A DNA stretch of 35,710 bases, from positions 16,221,364 to 16,257,073 of the forward strand of contig NC_069000.1 of NCBI RefSeq assembly GCF_001194135.2, written 5' to 3'. The stretch's first letter is position 1. Every line of letters starts with the position of its first letter. The stretch is from Octopus bimaculoides. Lineage: Eukaryota. The notes beneath the pieces were generated by a model. That model saw only the letters and a list, made by a program, of their open reading frames with translations, made no database searches and was not told the DNA's origin. The translations under genes and the position numbers were made by a program. This document shows positions 12,581 through 23,803 of this stretch, in pieces.

Positions 12581-13896
12581 CAAATACACACATACATACA
12601 TGCACACATAGAGACACAGCTTTATAAGTGAAAATGCCATCGCTGTTGACTTTGCCTTCTATCCTTTCACGACGATGAAATAAGTACCAGTTGAATACTG
12701 GCGGCGATGTAATGATGCGCGCGCGCGCACACACGCACACACAGAGACACACACACACACGTACACACACATACAGAAAAACACACCTACCACACACGCA
12801 CATACATTCACACATGTACACACACATACGCACACATGCACACACACATTCACACATGTACACACGCATACACACACATGCACACACACATTCACACATG
12901 TACACACACATACACACACAGCGACTTTTACTCTATACTGGAATATTTAAAGTCATAAATCCGTTTAATATATACAAGCAGATGTCGACTTCAGTGTAAT
13001 TCGAACTTATAATGTAACCAATACATATTCTGCATCCCGAAGGAGTTTTTATGTGGTAAATAGCAGCTAAATCTCCCTCATACCTATTCTATTGTCATAA
13101 AAAAGGAAGTTACATTGGACTATGAAGTCTTACATATAAAATATGAAGAAAAAACACTAATGAAATATCTCTCTAATTATATCTTTCCATTAAAAAATAT
13201 GTATGATTCTGGTTAATATAATTCAAACCATGTCTGAGACAGGTTGGTTACGGAAGGAAAGTCTTCGATCATAGATTAATGTTATCACGAATGATCTTAA
13301 GATCAACAACATAATTCCACTGGCTCCAGCAATTTGACTAAAAAGAAAAAAATACTTTATGAGAACGCTTCAGTTTATCTGAAATAATTAAATACTAGTT
13401 CACATTTCAGAATTGAGGAGCTAGAAGTAGGAAAATATATTGCGTGGCAAGTAAACACCGAAATAAACAAGAACACCGTCTACAAAGAAAATTTTTCCAA
13501 TACAAGTATTAAAGATTTATATTAAACAAAGTAACAAAAATTATAGATTGAATTTCAGTTCAAGATCCAATTTTGATCATAACTTTCGATTGGACCACTT
13601 CTCATATATATATATATATATATATATANNNNNNNNNNNNNNNNNNNNNNNNNNNNNNNNNNNNNNNNNNNNNNNNNNNNNNNNNNNNNNNNNNNNNNNN
13701 NNNNNNNNNNNNNNNNNNNNNNNNNNNNNNNNNNNNNNNNNNNNNNNNNNNNNNNNNNNNNNNNNNNNNNNNNNNNNNNNNNNNNNNNNNNNNNNNNNNN
13801 NNNNNNNNNNNNNNNNNNCACATTTTGCTTTGATTTCGCATTCTAATTTGGAAAATAAAAGTGCTTTGAAATCTAAGATAAAATCTTAAATAATAT

Positions 13897-14149
13897 AGGA
13901 GAGTATTGTAGTTGTAATTCGCTTGAAGAATTGTGTATTGTTTGTAAAGAATAAAAAGTTTACAATGGTACAACAATGCACTATAAAACAAAAAATGGAC
14001 TATATACCTGTTGTAATTTGGTTGTCTATAGTCCGATGATATTTCGGAATTACAATTCCTTCTTCAGATCTTCTTAGCCGGAGTCTCTGCTATAAATGTT
14101 TTTTGTTTTATAGTGCATTGTTGTACCATTCTAAACTTTTTATTCTTTA
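13897..14149. mobile_element. Penelope-like insertion with a 52-bp inverted repeat and an internal hammerhead motif, flanked by a 12-bp direct repeat
   Basis: cttaaataatat at 13885-13896 and 14150-14161; inverted repeat 13944-13995 / 14099-14150 (51/52 identical). Absent from the paralogous intron before micro-exon a. Confidence 0.65.
14035..14070 (-). ncRNA. Candidate minimal type I hammerhead ribozyme
   Basis: Minus strand GAU-CUGAAGA-A-GGAAU-UGUA-AUUCC-GAAAUAUC-AUC has both core boxes, a 5-bp stem II, a palindromic AUAU stem III and a UC cleavage site. Stem I is only 3 bp. Confidence 0.6.
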
Positions 14150-14208
14150 CTTAAATAATATGTTTCCGTATATCATATTGCATTTGATCTTTTAATTGTT
14201 ATTTCTAG

Positions 14209-14247
14209 GAAGTGAACAGAAAGAACTCGTAGAAATTGATAATGCAG
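14209..14247 (+). CDS. Gene 1 stalk micro-exon b (G)SEQKELVEIDNA
   Basis: TTCTAG|GA acceptor and G|GTATCT donor; 39 nt, phase 1-1. The flanking intron is a duplicate of that around micro-exon a. Confidence 0.75.
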
Positions 14248-14551
14248 GTATCTTTTATACTTTCACTTTCGCTTCTTTCAATTATTGAACTGTGATTTTA
14301 CTGGACCAATGTCATAAATGGTTTTCGTCGAACAAATCGACAGCAGTACTTATTGTATCGTTCTGTATTGACGAACTGATAAGTTGCGGGTACGTAAACA
14401 AACCAACACTGGTTCTCCAGCGGTGGCCGAGAACAAATACTAGGACACATTCACATATACACACACAGACACAAATACGCAAACAGAAACACACACACGC
14501 AGACACAAATACGCACACAGATACACACACACATATATATATGTATATATG

Positions 14552-14606
<55 letters not shown>

Positions 14607-16071
14607 ACAGGACGTCACCAATAGTAAACAACGTGAAATCTCCCCTATCCTTCTCTAATTCTCCTTTTCTTCCCTTTATTTTCTATCTGTCCGTCTCTCT
14701 CTCTCTTTCGCTTTTACTCTCTCTCTCGATTCTCACACGTGACCATCGTCCATCTTTCTTTTTCTCCCGTGACCATCTTTCTTTTGCTCCACAACGTCCT
14801 AAGAACGCCGAGAAAAAATATTTCTCTCAGCGTTCGCTATTTTCCCCTCTTTCTGGTCTAACGACCCTCCTTGTTTTTTTTTTTCGTTCGGTTTCCTTGT
14901 ATGTCTCCACTGTCCTGTTTTTGTTCCCAACTTTGACCCTCCATAAATCCAAAATTTTATTTTGGTATTTATGCGAGCAATTATCGTTCAATGCTCGAAA
15001 CAAGGAGTAGATAAACAGTCGACAACTTGTCCTGTTTTCCATTTTTTCTTCCGTTGTTTACGTATTTAACTCATTTGTTTTCGTATTTTATGTTGTTTAC
15101 TGTNNNNNNNNNNNNNNNNNNNNNNNNNNNNNNNNNNNNNNNNNNNNNNNNNNNNNNNNNNNNNNNNNNNNNNNNNNNNNNNNNNNNNNNNNNNNNNNNN
15201 NNNNNNNNNNNNNNNNNNNNNNNNNNNNNNNNNNNNNNNNNNNNNNNNNNNNNNNNNNNNNNNNNNNNNNNNNNNNNNNNNNNNNNNNNNNNNNNNNNNN
15301 NNNNNNNNNNNNNNNNNNNNNNNNNNNNNNNNNNNNNNNNNNNNNNNNNNNNNNNNNNNNNNNNNNNNNNNNNNNNNNNNNNNNNNNNNNNNNNNNNNNN
15401 NNNNNNNNNNNNNNNNNNNNNNNNNNNNNNNNNNNNNNNNNNNNNNNNNNNNNNNNNNNNNNNNNNNNNNNNNNNNNNNNNNNNNNNNNNNNNNNNNNNN
15501 NNNNNNNNNNNNNNNNNNNNNNNNNNNNNNNNNNNNNNNNNNNNNNNNNNNNNNNNNNNNNNNNNNNNNNNNNNNNNNNNNNNNNNNNNNNNNNNNNNNN
15601 NNNNNNNNNNNNNNNNNNNNNNNNNNNNNNNNNNNNNNNNNNNNNNNNNNNNNNNNNNNNNNNNNNNNNNNNNNNNNNNNNNNNNNNNNNNNNNNNNNNN
15701 NNNNNNNNNNNNNNNNNNNNNNNNNNNNNNNNNNNNNNNNNNNNNNNNNNNNNNNNNNNNNNNNNNNNNNNNNNNNNNNNNNNNNNNNNNNNNNNNNNNN
15801 NNNNNNNNNNNNNNNNNNNNNNNNNNNNNNNNNNNNNNNNNNNNNNNNNNNNNNNNNNNNNNNNNNNNNNNNNNNNNNNNNNNNNNNNNNNNNNNNNNNN
15901 NNNNNNNNNNNNNNNNNNNNNNNNNNNNNNNNNNNNNNNNNNNNNNNNNNNNNNNNNNNNNNNNNNNNNNNNNNNNNNNNNNNNNNNNNNNNNNNNNNNN
16001 NNNNNNNNNNNNNNNNNNNNNNNNNNNNNNNNNNNNNNNNNNNNNNNNNNNNNNNNNNNNNNNNNNNNNNN

Positions 16072-16109
<38 letters not shown>

Positions 16110-16605
16110 TATTACATTATTATCTAAATGGACGCCACGCATCCATTTCCAAGTAAGTTTTCCTATATTAGGTACCTCTGGCAAAAGATGTTGCGTGATT
16201 GGTGAGATTGAAAGTACTGAAGACATACACTAACTTCTTCGACCAAATCCTCACTGACTTTTCAAATTCCAGTTCGAATAGAGCGTCGAGAGGGAAGTGC
16301 TTCCTCTCAGTAAAATCGTTTGACCGTGGATGTATGAAGCAAGACTAGCCCGAGTGAATTTTCCTAAACAAAGCTGGGACCTCTAGTTTCAGAAGTACGA
16401 AGAAGAGAGAAGCACTTACATCTGTATTCCTGGTGAACAGGGGACTCGGAATTATTTGGTTACTGTGGGGTTATTTGGTTGCCCCTGGGTGTCGTTTCCT
16501 TTTTAACTGGTAACTTCGTTTTTCTCATTTGCTTCTGATTGTTTATTTATTGTTGACACGTGTTTATGTAAATCCCTGATATCCTTGATTATTTTTTCTG
16601 AAGCA

Positions 16606-16770
16606 GGCGAGCTGGTAAAATCGTGAGCATTCCATAAAAATGTTTAGCGGCATTTTGTCAGGCTTTACTTTTTGAGTTCAAATGCCACCGAAGTTGACTT
16701 TGCCTCCATTCTTTTGGGGTTCATAAAATAAGTACTAGTTGAATACTTGTATCGATGTAATCGATCTCCC
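16606..16770 (+). mobile_element. Degenerate tRNA-derived SINE (family A)
   Basis: ggcgagctggtaaaatcg..gagttcaaatgccaccgaagttgactttgcc matches the copy at 17922-18151. Confidence 0.8.
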
Positions 16771-16829
16771 ATAATTTCTAGCCTTGTACCAAAATTAGAA
16801 TGAAACATGTTTTGCTTTCTCTGTTACAG

Positions 16830-16909
16830 ATAAATTATGTGATGCAAACATTATTACTAAGATTTTAACATTTGCGACAATACTCTTTGTTATTGGCAAT
16901 CTTCTTTAA
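16830..16909 (+). CDS. Gene 1 terminal exon, GPI-signal-like tail (D)KLCDANIITKILTFATILFVIGNLL*
   Basis: GTTACAG|AT acceptor, in phase with the micro-exon; hydrophobic run reaching the stop codon. Conserved paralog at 27122-27198. Confidence 0.85.
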
Positions 16910-17404
16910 GATTCTCGAAAAATACCACAGCAAAACCAACCTGGTTAGTATTATATGTTTCATTTTCTTTTCTTTGATGTTTTTTAATTCATCGTTAAGG
17001 TCACCATCCTTCTCTAATGTTTAGATTACCATTCATCGAGCAAAAACATTCGAGTACGAAACATCCCCTCTTTTTACGGACGTCGATCATCTTAGTAAGT
17101 TCTTCTTTACTTCATTCAGTTATTCGACAGCGATCATACCTGGCCACGACCTTGAACAGTCGAACAAATAGATCTTACTACATATTTTTAAGTCTGGTAA
17201 TTATTCGATCGGTCACTATAACTGAACCTCTAAGTTATGGGGCAGTGTACAAGCAACGCTGGTTGTGAAGTACTGGCTGGAGTCAAATACATATATATCT
17301 GCATGCATACATACATACATACATACATACATACATACAAAATGTTTTTGCAACAACTTTTAACCACCTAGTGTCGAAGCGCATCCCGTAGAAAACGAAC
17401 CTGT

Positions 17405-18450
17405 CATTGTAGTAACCGACCGAAATACATTGTACAAACCGATCGAAACTTCGAAGAAAACGACCTAGACGTCGTAGAAACTGTCCGACGCATCGTTGAA
17501 ACCGAACGATACATGATAGAAACCGACCCAGACATCATAGAAACCGATAGAGACATCGTAGAAATCGAGCAAGACATAAGACAAACCGACTGAGATTTCG
17601 TAGAAACCGACCAAGATACCAGAGAATCTGTCTCAAACATCGTAGAAACTGACCGACATCATTGAAATACCGGGGCATCGTACAAACCAACCGATACATC
17701 GTAGAAACCTTCCAGACATAGTCAAAACCGAACAAGACATGGTAGGAAGCGACTCATACTTCGTAAAATCCGAATGAGACATCGTGGACGACCAAGGCAT
17801 CATAGAAATCGAACAAGACATCGTGGAAACCGACCCAGACATTGTACAAACCTCACGGACACAGGAAAATCGAACCTAGACATTGTGTAAACCAACCCAG
17901 ACATCGTAGAAACTGACCCAGGCGTCGAACTGGCAGAAACGTTAGTACGCCGGACGAAATGCTTAGTGGTATTTCGTCTGTCTTTACGTTCTGAGTTCGA
18001 ATTCCACCGAGGTCGACTTTGCCGTTCATCCTTTTGGGGTCGATAAATTAAGTACCAATTACGCACTGGGGTCGATGTAATCGATATAATCCGTTTGCCT
18101 GTCCTTGTTTGTCTCCTCTGTGTTTAGCCCCTTGTGGGCAATAAAGAAATAAGAAACTGACCCAGACAACGTGGCATCGGAACCAGACGTCGTAAAAAGC
18201 AACCCAGAAATCTTAGAAAGCTACCCAGACATCGCAAAAATCGACGCAGACATCAAAGAAACCGACAGAGACATTACAGAAACCAACCGAGATATCGTAA
18301 AAAAAAAAAACGACCGAGACATCGTAGAAACAGACGGAGAAATCATAGAAACCGACCAAGACTTCGTTGAAACCGACCGAGTCATCGTAGAAATCCAACC
18401 CGACATCTTAGAATCGTTTCATCACACAGTAGAAACCAACCGAAAATTAC
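17405..18450. repeat. Degenerate 21-bp minisatellite (consensus about gacatcgtagaaaccgaccca)
   Basis: Many imperfect units at about 21-bp spacing on both sides of the SINE at 17922-18151. Confidence 0.9.
17922..18151 (+). mobile_element. Full-length tRNA-derived SINE (family A) with a 14-bp TSD
   Basis: A-box-like aactggcagaa, B-box-like gagttcgaattcc and an A-rich 3' end. agaaactgacccag at 17908-17921 and 18152-18165. Confidence 0.92.
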
Positions 18451-18750
18451 CAACCAATTATAGTAAAAAAGAAAATGTTTTACCGTTTCTCTCTCATTTT
18501 CTTTCTCTCTCACTTTCTCTCTTTCTTTTCCTCTCTATTTCTCCCTTTCTGCCTCTCTCCCTCTCCCTTTTGTTGGCGTCTTTTATACTCTTTCGCTCTA
18601 GCACTTCTTCATCTACCTTTCTCTCTTTCACTTCATTTTACCTTTTCCCTCTCTCTTTCCTCTCCCGCGTTCTTAGTCGCCGTCGTTTTCTTAATCACAA
18701 CACTTCCCCTCATTCTTTATCTTCCTTTCCCCTCTTTACTTCTACGTAGT

Positions 18751-18782
<32 letters not shown>

Positions 18783-19582
18783 TGCGTGNNNNNNNNNNNN
18801 NNNNNNNNNNNNNNNNNNNNNNNNNNNNNNNNNNNNNNNNNNNNNNNNNNNNNNNNNNNNNNNNNNNNNNNNNNNNNNNNNNNNNNNNNNNNNNNNNNNN
18901 NNNNNNNNNNNNNNNNNNNNNNNNNNNNNNNNNNNNNNNNNNNNNNNNNNNNNNNNNNNNNNNNNNNNNNNNNNNNNNNNNNNNNNNNNNNNNNNNNNNN
19001 NNNNNNNNNNNNNNNNNNNNNNNNNNNNNNNNNNNNNNNNNNNNNNNNNNNNNNNNNNNNNNNNNNNNNNNNNNNNNNNNNNNNNNNNNNNNNNNNNNNN
19101 NNNNNNNNNNNNNNNNNNNNNNNNNNNNNNNNNNNNNNNNNNNNNNNNNNNNNNNNNNNNNNNNNNNNNNNNNNNNNNNNNNNNNNNNNNNNNNNNNNNN
19201 NNNNNNNNNNNNNNNNNNNNNNNNNNNNNNNNNNNNNNNNNNNNNNNNNNNNNNNNNNNNNNNNNNNNNNNNNNNNNNNNNNNNNNNNNNNNNNNNNNNN
19301 NNNNNNNNNNNNNNNNNNNNNNNNNNNNNNNNNNNNNNNNNNNNNNNNNNNNNNNNNNNNNNNNNNNNNNNNNNNNNNNNNNNNNNNNNNNNNNNNNNNN
19401 NNNNNNNNNNNNNNNNNNNNNNNNNNNNNNNNNNNNNNNNNNNNNNNNNNNNNNNNNNNNNNNNNNNNNNNNNNNNATATATATATATATATACATGCAT
19501 GTATGTTGTACTTTTACTCTCTGCCTTTGCTGTGTTCGACCATTTCGACTAAACTTCTTTGATTCAGACGTATCTTTTTGTA

Positions 19583-19700
19583 ATGTTTCTGGTTGCTGGA
19601 AGCCTACGATCGTTTCTCGTTCTGCTTTATACTCGTCTTTCAAGATCATCGAAGTTGTTAGCTGTGATGATACTGACAATGGCTTCATACACTTCGACTA
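19583..19700 (+). CDS. Gene 2 leader exon (MFLVAGSLRSFLVLLYTRLSRSSKLLAVMILTMASYTST)
   Basis: Paralog of the signal exon with an A|GTAAGT donor. The homologous ATG is AAG (19652-19654); an in-frame upstream ATG lies at 19583. The start site is uncertain (ATG at 19667 is an alternative). Confidence 0.65.
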
Positions 19701-20021
19701 GTAAGTTCAGATTACGAAAAACGGTATTTTCTTCAGTTATAGCATTAAACCATTTCCTCTTAGATTCCATACTTTTATCGTCGCAAGACGCACTATATAT
19801 CCATACACATACGCGCGCACACACAATCACACATACGTATATACATTCATACAAACATACACCTATATACAAATATATATATAATATATAACTTATATAA
19901 TATATATATATACATATATATACATATGCACACATGTATAATACATCCATATCTATTCTTCTAGCACATTAGCAGTCCACTTAGTGGCCTCCTTTATATA
20001 TACTCATATATATTTTTATAT

Positions 20022-20070
<49 letters not shown>

Positions 20071-20080
20071 NNNNNNNNNN

Positions 20081-20117
<37 letters not shown>

Positions 20118-20134
20118 TATGTGGGTGGCGTGCA

Positions 20135-20173
<39 letters not shown>

Positions 20174-20409
20174 ATGAATTATAACGTTGCTTGAAAGTAT
20201 TGATTCAAACAAGAAACAAAATGTGCTGTCACTATGTATAGAAGAGTAAATATAGAATCATTACAGTTGACACATTTTTTTCCAATACTTCATATTGTTT
20301 TCGTCGAAGAAGCGTCCATTACTCACGAAGAATGTTTTTTGACTTTATATATTAACTGATTTAAGGCCAGTGTTGCGTGACATAGTGTTCTAAAATTGTG
20401 TATACTGAA

Positions 20410-20577
20410 CCCTTACCAACCACATAGCTCCGGGTTCAGTCCCACTGCTTGGCACCTTGGGCAAATGTCTTCTACTATNNNNNNNNNNACCGATGGTGGT
20501 GTGTTTACGTCCCCGAAACTTAACGGTTCAGTATAAAGACCGATAGAATAAGTACTAGGCTTACAAAGAATAAATCT
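20410..20577 (+). mobile_element. Partial tRNA-derived SINE (family B) spanning a gap
   Basis: gggttcagtcccactgcttggcaccttgggc and gaccgatagaataagtactaggc match the reverse complement of 22718-23093. Confidence 0.85.
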
Positions 20578-21685
20578 TGTATTGTCCCGAATACATTGCT
20601 TCTATACCAAATTACATATAATACGCATTCCTGGAACTGATATGTAAACATTAAAGGTTTGAAGGTACGCAGTACTTCTTTATGCAAACACAATATGTAT
20701 GAAGTATATTAAATATTTTTTTTTATATAAGTCACTACCACGTTCTGCTGCGACAGCAGTGCTTCTTACATTATGTTTGTTAAGGTTGTTTCTACAGATA
20801 TCCTATTGAAACTATAGCCAGCATTGATTTTAACTACAATGTTTCGTATCGAGACGTCTCAGATCCCATTGCTTGTTTACATCTGATGTCCCGATACGAA
20901 ACGTCGTAGCAAAAATCTGTGCTGGCTGTAAGTTCTCTAGATTATCTGTAGAAACAACCTTAACAAAAATGATATTTGAGTTACTTGAAGAAATCTACCG
21001 CTCAATTTGTTGTTTTTTTTTTTTGGCGNNNNNNNNNNNNNNNNNNNNNNNNNNNNNNNNNNNNNNNNNNNNNNNNNNNNNNNNNNNNNNNNNNNNNNNN
21101 NNNNNNNNNNNNNNNNNNNNNNNNNNNNNNNNNNNNNNNNNNNNNNNNNNNNNNNNNNNNNNNNNNNNNNNNNNNNNNNNNNNNNNNNNNNNNNNNNNNN
21201 NNNNNNNNNNNNNNNNNNNNNNNNNNNNNNNNNNNNNNNNNNNNNNNNNNNNNNNNNNNNNNNNNNNNNNNNNNNNNNNNNNNNNNNNNNNNNNNNNNNN
21301 NNNNNNNNNNNNNNNNNNNNNNNNNNNNNNNNNNNNNNNNNNNNNNNNNNNNNNNNNNNNNNNNNNNNNNNNNNNNNNNNNNNNNNNNNNAGCGTGTGTG
21401 TATGTATGTGTGTGTGTGTGGCTTGGTTAGTGAGAAAAAAAAGAATAAACAGAAAACGTAGTGTCGTTACCCTATAAATGACGGCAGTATTACACATGTA
21501 ACAATAAATATTAAAAGCTAACTACAAAAAAGTATTTTATTGCTCCTCTTTTTCCTCCTTCTCATCTTTCTTCTTCTTCTTCTTCTTCTTCGTCTTCTTC
21601 TTCTTCTTCCAAGTTCTATAACTTCACTTATATATTTTTGTGACATCTATCGCTGATTTATGTTTTTTTTCTTCTTTCTATATAG

Positions 21686-22009
21686 TTGTTGAGATTGTAG
21701 ATATATCACCTTCTAGTGTCATTAATTTTAGACAAACTACTGCAATAGTTATAACATGTCGATATAATGTGAAAAATCTTAGTGAGTTTCGTCTGACGCA
21801 AAACTTCAGCGAAGTCGTTGTCAAAATTGAATATAACAAGGCTGAAAACGTTTATAAGGAAACAATCCAGAGGAATGGTTTCAACTGTGGTCCTATTCAT
21901 GGTGATAAAGGTGACATTATCTGCTGGAAATTAAATCCCAATTGCGAGGATGCGACATCCTATACATGTAGTTCAGCTAAGGAATCTTCAAAGCCTAAGA
22001 TTTTAAAAG
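21686..22009 (+). CDS. Gene 2 Ig-like domain 1 exon
   Basis: TATAG|TT acceptor and G|GTAAGT donor; 324 nt. VITCRY, GFNCG, IICWKLNPNCEDATSYTC. Confidence 0.92.
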
Positions 22010-22088
22010 GTAAGTTTTTACAGTCCTTATTTTTTCGAAAAATTATTCAGCTCCATTGTCATTAATTTTATTTCTATTGCATGTTTCT

Positions 22089-22330
22089 TATATCTTTATT
22101 TCCCACAAGGGGCTAAACATAGAGGGGACAAACAAGGACAGACAAACGGATTAAGTCGATTATATCGACCCCAGTGCGTAACTGGTACTTAATTTATCGA
22201 CCCCGAAAGGATGAAAGGCAAAGTCGACCTCGTCGGAATTTGAACTCAGAACGTAACGGCAGACGAAATACCGCTAAGCATTTCACCTGGCGTGCTAATG
22301 TTTCTGCCAGCTCGCCGCCTTAACTTAAAG
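22089..22330 (-). mobile_element. Full-length SINE (family A), antisense in gene 2 intron, 17-bp TSD
   Basis: Reverse complement of the 17922-18151 family. ttctattgcaYgtttct at 22072-22088 and 22331-22347; the gene 3 intron shows the empty site. Confidence 0.9.
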
Positions 22331-22717
22331 TTCTATTGCACGTTTCTATTGCACGATCGAACACAGATTTACAGCCTTTGATACGTTTAATTAGCATTGC
22401 AGGAGTTGCATTCTCAGTAAGTTCAACATTTCTTTAGCCATTTTGTTAAAACAGTGTGAGATTGTTTTGGTGTAACATTTCAGATATAATCACACCAATG
22501 ATCATTTCCATAATGTTGTTAACATATCTCACATTTCTATTCTTACTGTTTGCTAAATCAATATTCATAATACCTTGGTCTTGCAAAGCATGTTTCATCT
22601 CAGTTGATATGAATTTATAGTATTTGTCGGACTCGTCTCATCAATCCTCTTGCTTGTCATTCTAGCACACCTTAACATAGTCATCTAAGTTGCTACAGAT
22701 TGTCTCTCTTTTGTCAC

Positions 22718-23093
22718 TACTCTCTTTACTCTTTTACTTGTTTCAGTCATTTGACTGCGGCCATGCTGGAGCACCGCCTTTAGTCGAGCAAATCGACCCC
22801 AGGACTTATTCTTTGTAAACCTAGCACTTATTCTATCGGTCTCTTTTGCCGAACCGCTAAGTTACGGGGACATAAACACTAGGGGGGAAAACACTGACAC
22901 ACAAACACACATATATATACATACATATATACGATGGGCTTCTTTCAGTTTCCGTCTACCAAATCCACTCACAAGGCTTTGGTCGGCCCGAGGCTATAGT
23001 AGAAGACACTTGCCCAAGGTGCCACGCAGTGGGAATGAACGCGGAACCATGTGGTTGGTAAGCAAGCTACTTACCACATATCCACTCCTGCGT
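22718..23093 (-). mobile_element. Full-length tRNA-derived SINE (family B)
   Basis: The minus strand begins gcaggagtggatatgtggtaag (A-box-like), has gcgttcattcccac (B-box-like) and ends in gagtaaagagagtag repeats. Confidence 0.9.
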
Positions 23094-23304
23094 CTACTTA
23101 TTCATTTTCAATTGAATATATTTTTGTTTGCTTAAAAATTGGAATTTTGGAAACAAAAAGTTGTTTCTTTTACAACCGCGATTTCTGTTTTTGTTTACGT
23201 GAAATTATATTAAAAGAATTCAAGAGATTTGGCTGTTACATCTAGCATTTGGAGAAACCTTCTAGGCTCAACTTCACGCGCTGGTTGAAAATCATATAAA
23301 AGAA

Positions 23305-23625
23305 TATCTGGGGTCGATATATTCGACTAAAATATCTTCGAGGCAGTACCCCAACATGGCCGCAGTCTACTGGTTTAACAAGTACAAAGGAAAATAAAAC
23401 ACGAAATATATCACAGAGGTGGTTTTGACCAAGCTTAAAAAAATTCTGGGTTTCATACAGTCGTCTAACAATTTTTCAAGGTGGTCCCCTAACATGGTCG
23501 CAGTCTAATAACTGCAACAAGTAAGAAGGAAAACGAATTTCTGCGGTCGATACGCACAACTAAAAATTATTCAAGGTGCTGCCCCAGCATGGCTACAGTC
23601 TAATGACTGAGACAAAGAAAAGCGA
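23305..23625 (+). repeat. Three head-to-tail decayed copies of the SINE-B 3' module
   Basis: ggtcgat..cgact..catggYYRcagtct..acaagta recurs at about 23310, 23450 and 23540. Confidence 0.6.
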
Positions 23626-23803
23626 GGGAAAAAAACGAGAAATAACCGAAAAATATAACCAATGTTCATTTTCACACTTCAACTATAGGGATTTTGACTG
23701 AGGGGATTTTGTTGGACAGGGTTTTGTCCTAGGTGGGGGGTTGTCCTAGCGGGGTTTGATCTTACACTCCCAATTTACATATTTCTATTCGTTTTCTTTT
23801 CAG

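Noticed and set aside
12375-12631. Read-through of the micro-exon donors gives hydrophobic ORFs (IFYPFTFASFSYYTVALL; IFYLLTLSAFIYWTVAVL), suggesting SINE-exapted transmembrane tails
   Set aside because: The sequence is an antisense SINE whose pyrimidine-rich tail is hydrophobic by composition. Copy b has an in-frame TGA, and a conserved in-phase terminal exon exists downstream. A minor intron-retained isoform cannot be excluded.
14590-16600. Searched for a transmembrane or extra exon between micro-exon b and the terminal exon
   Set aside because: No convincing AG/GT-bounded frame or paralog was found; the gap at 15104-16071 cannot be assessed.
17405-18450. Regular repeats that might be a CRISPR array
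   Set aside because: Eukaryotic context, contiguous degenerate units without unique spacers, and no cas genes.
18171-18749. 192-aa ORF with acidic heptads
   Set aside because: It derives from the 21-bp satellite plus a CT tract, starts at GTG, and has no splice or paralog support.
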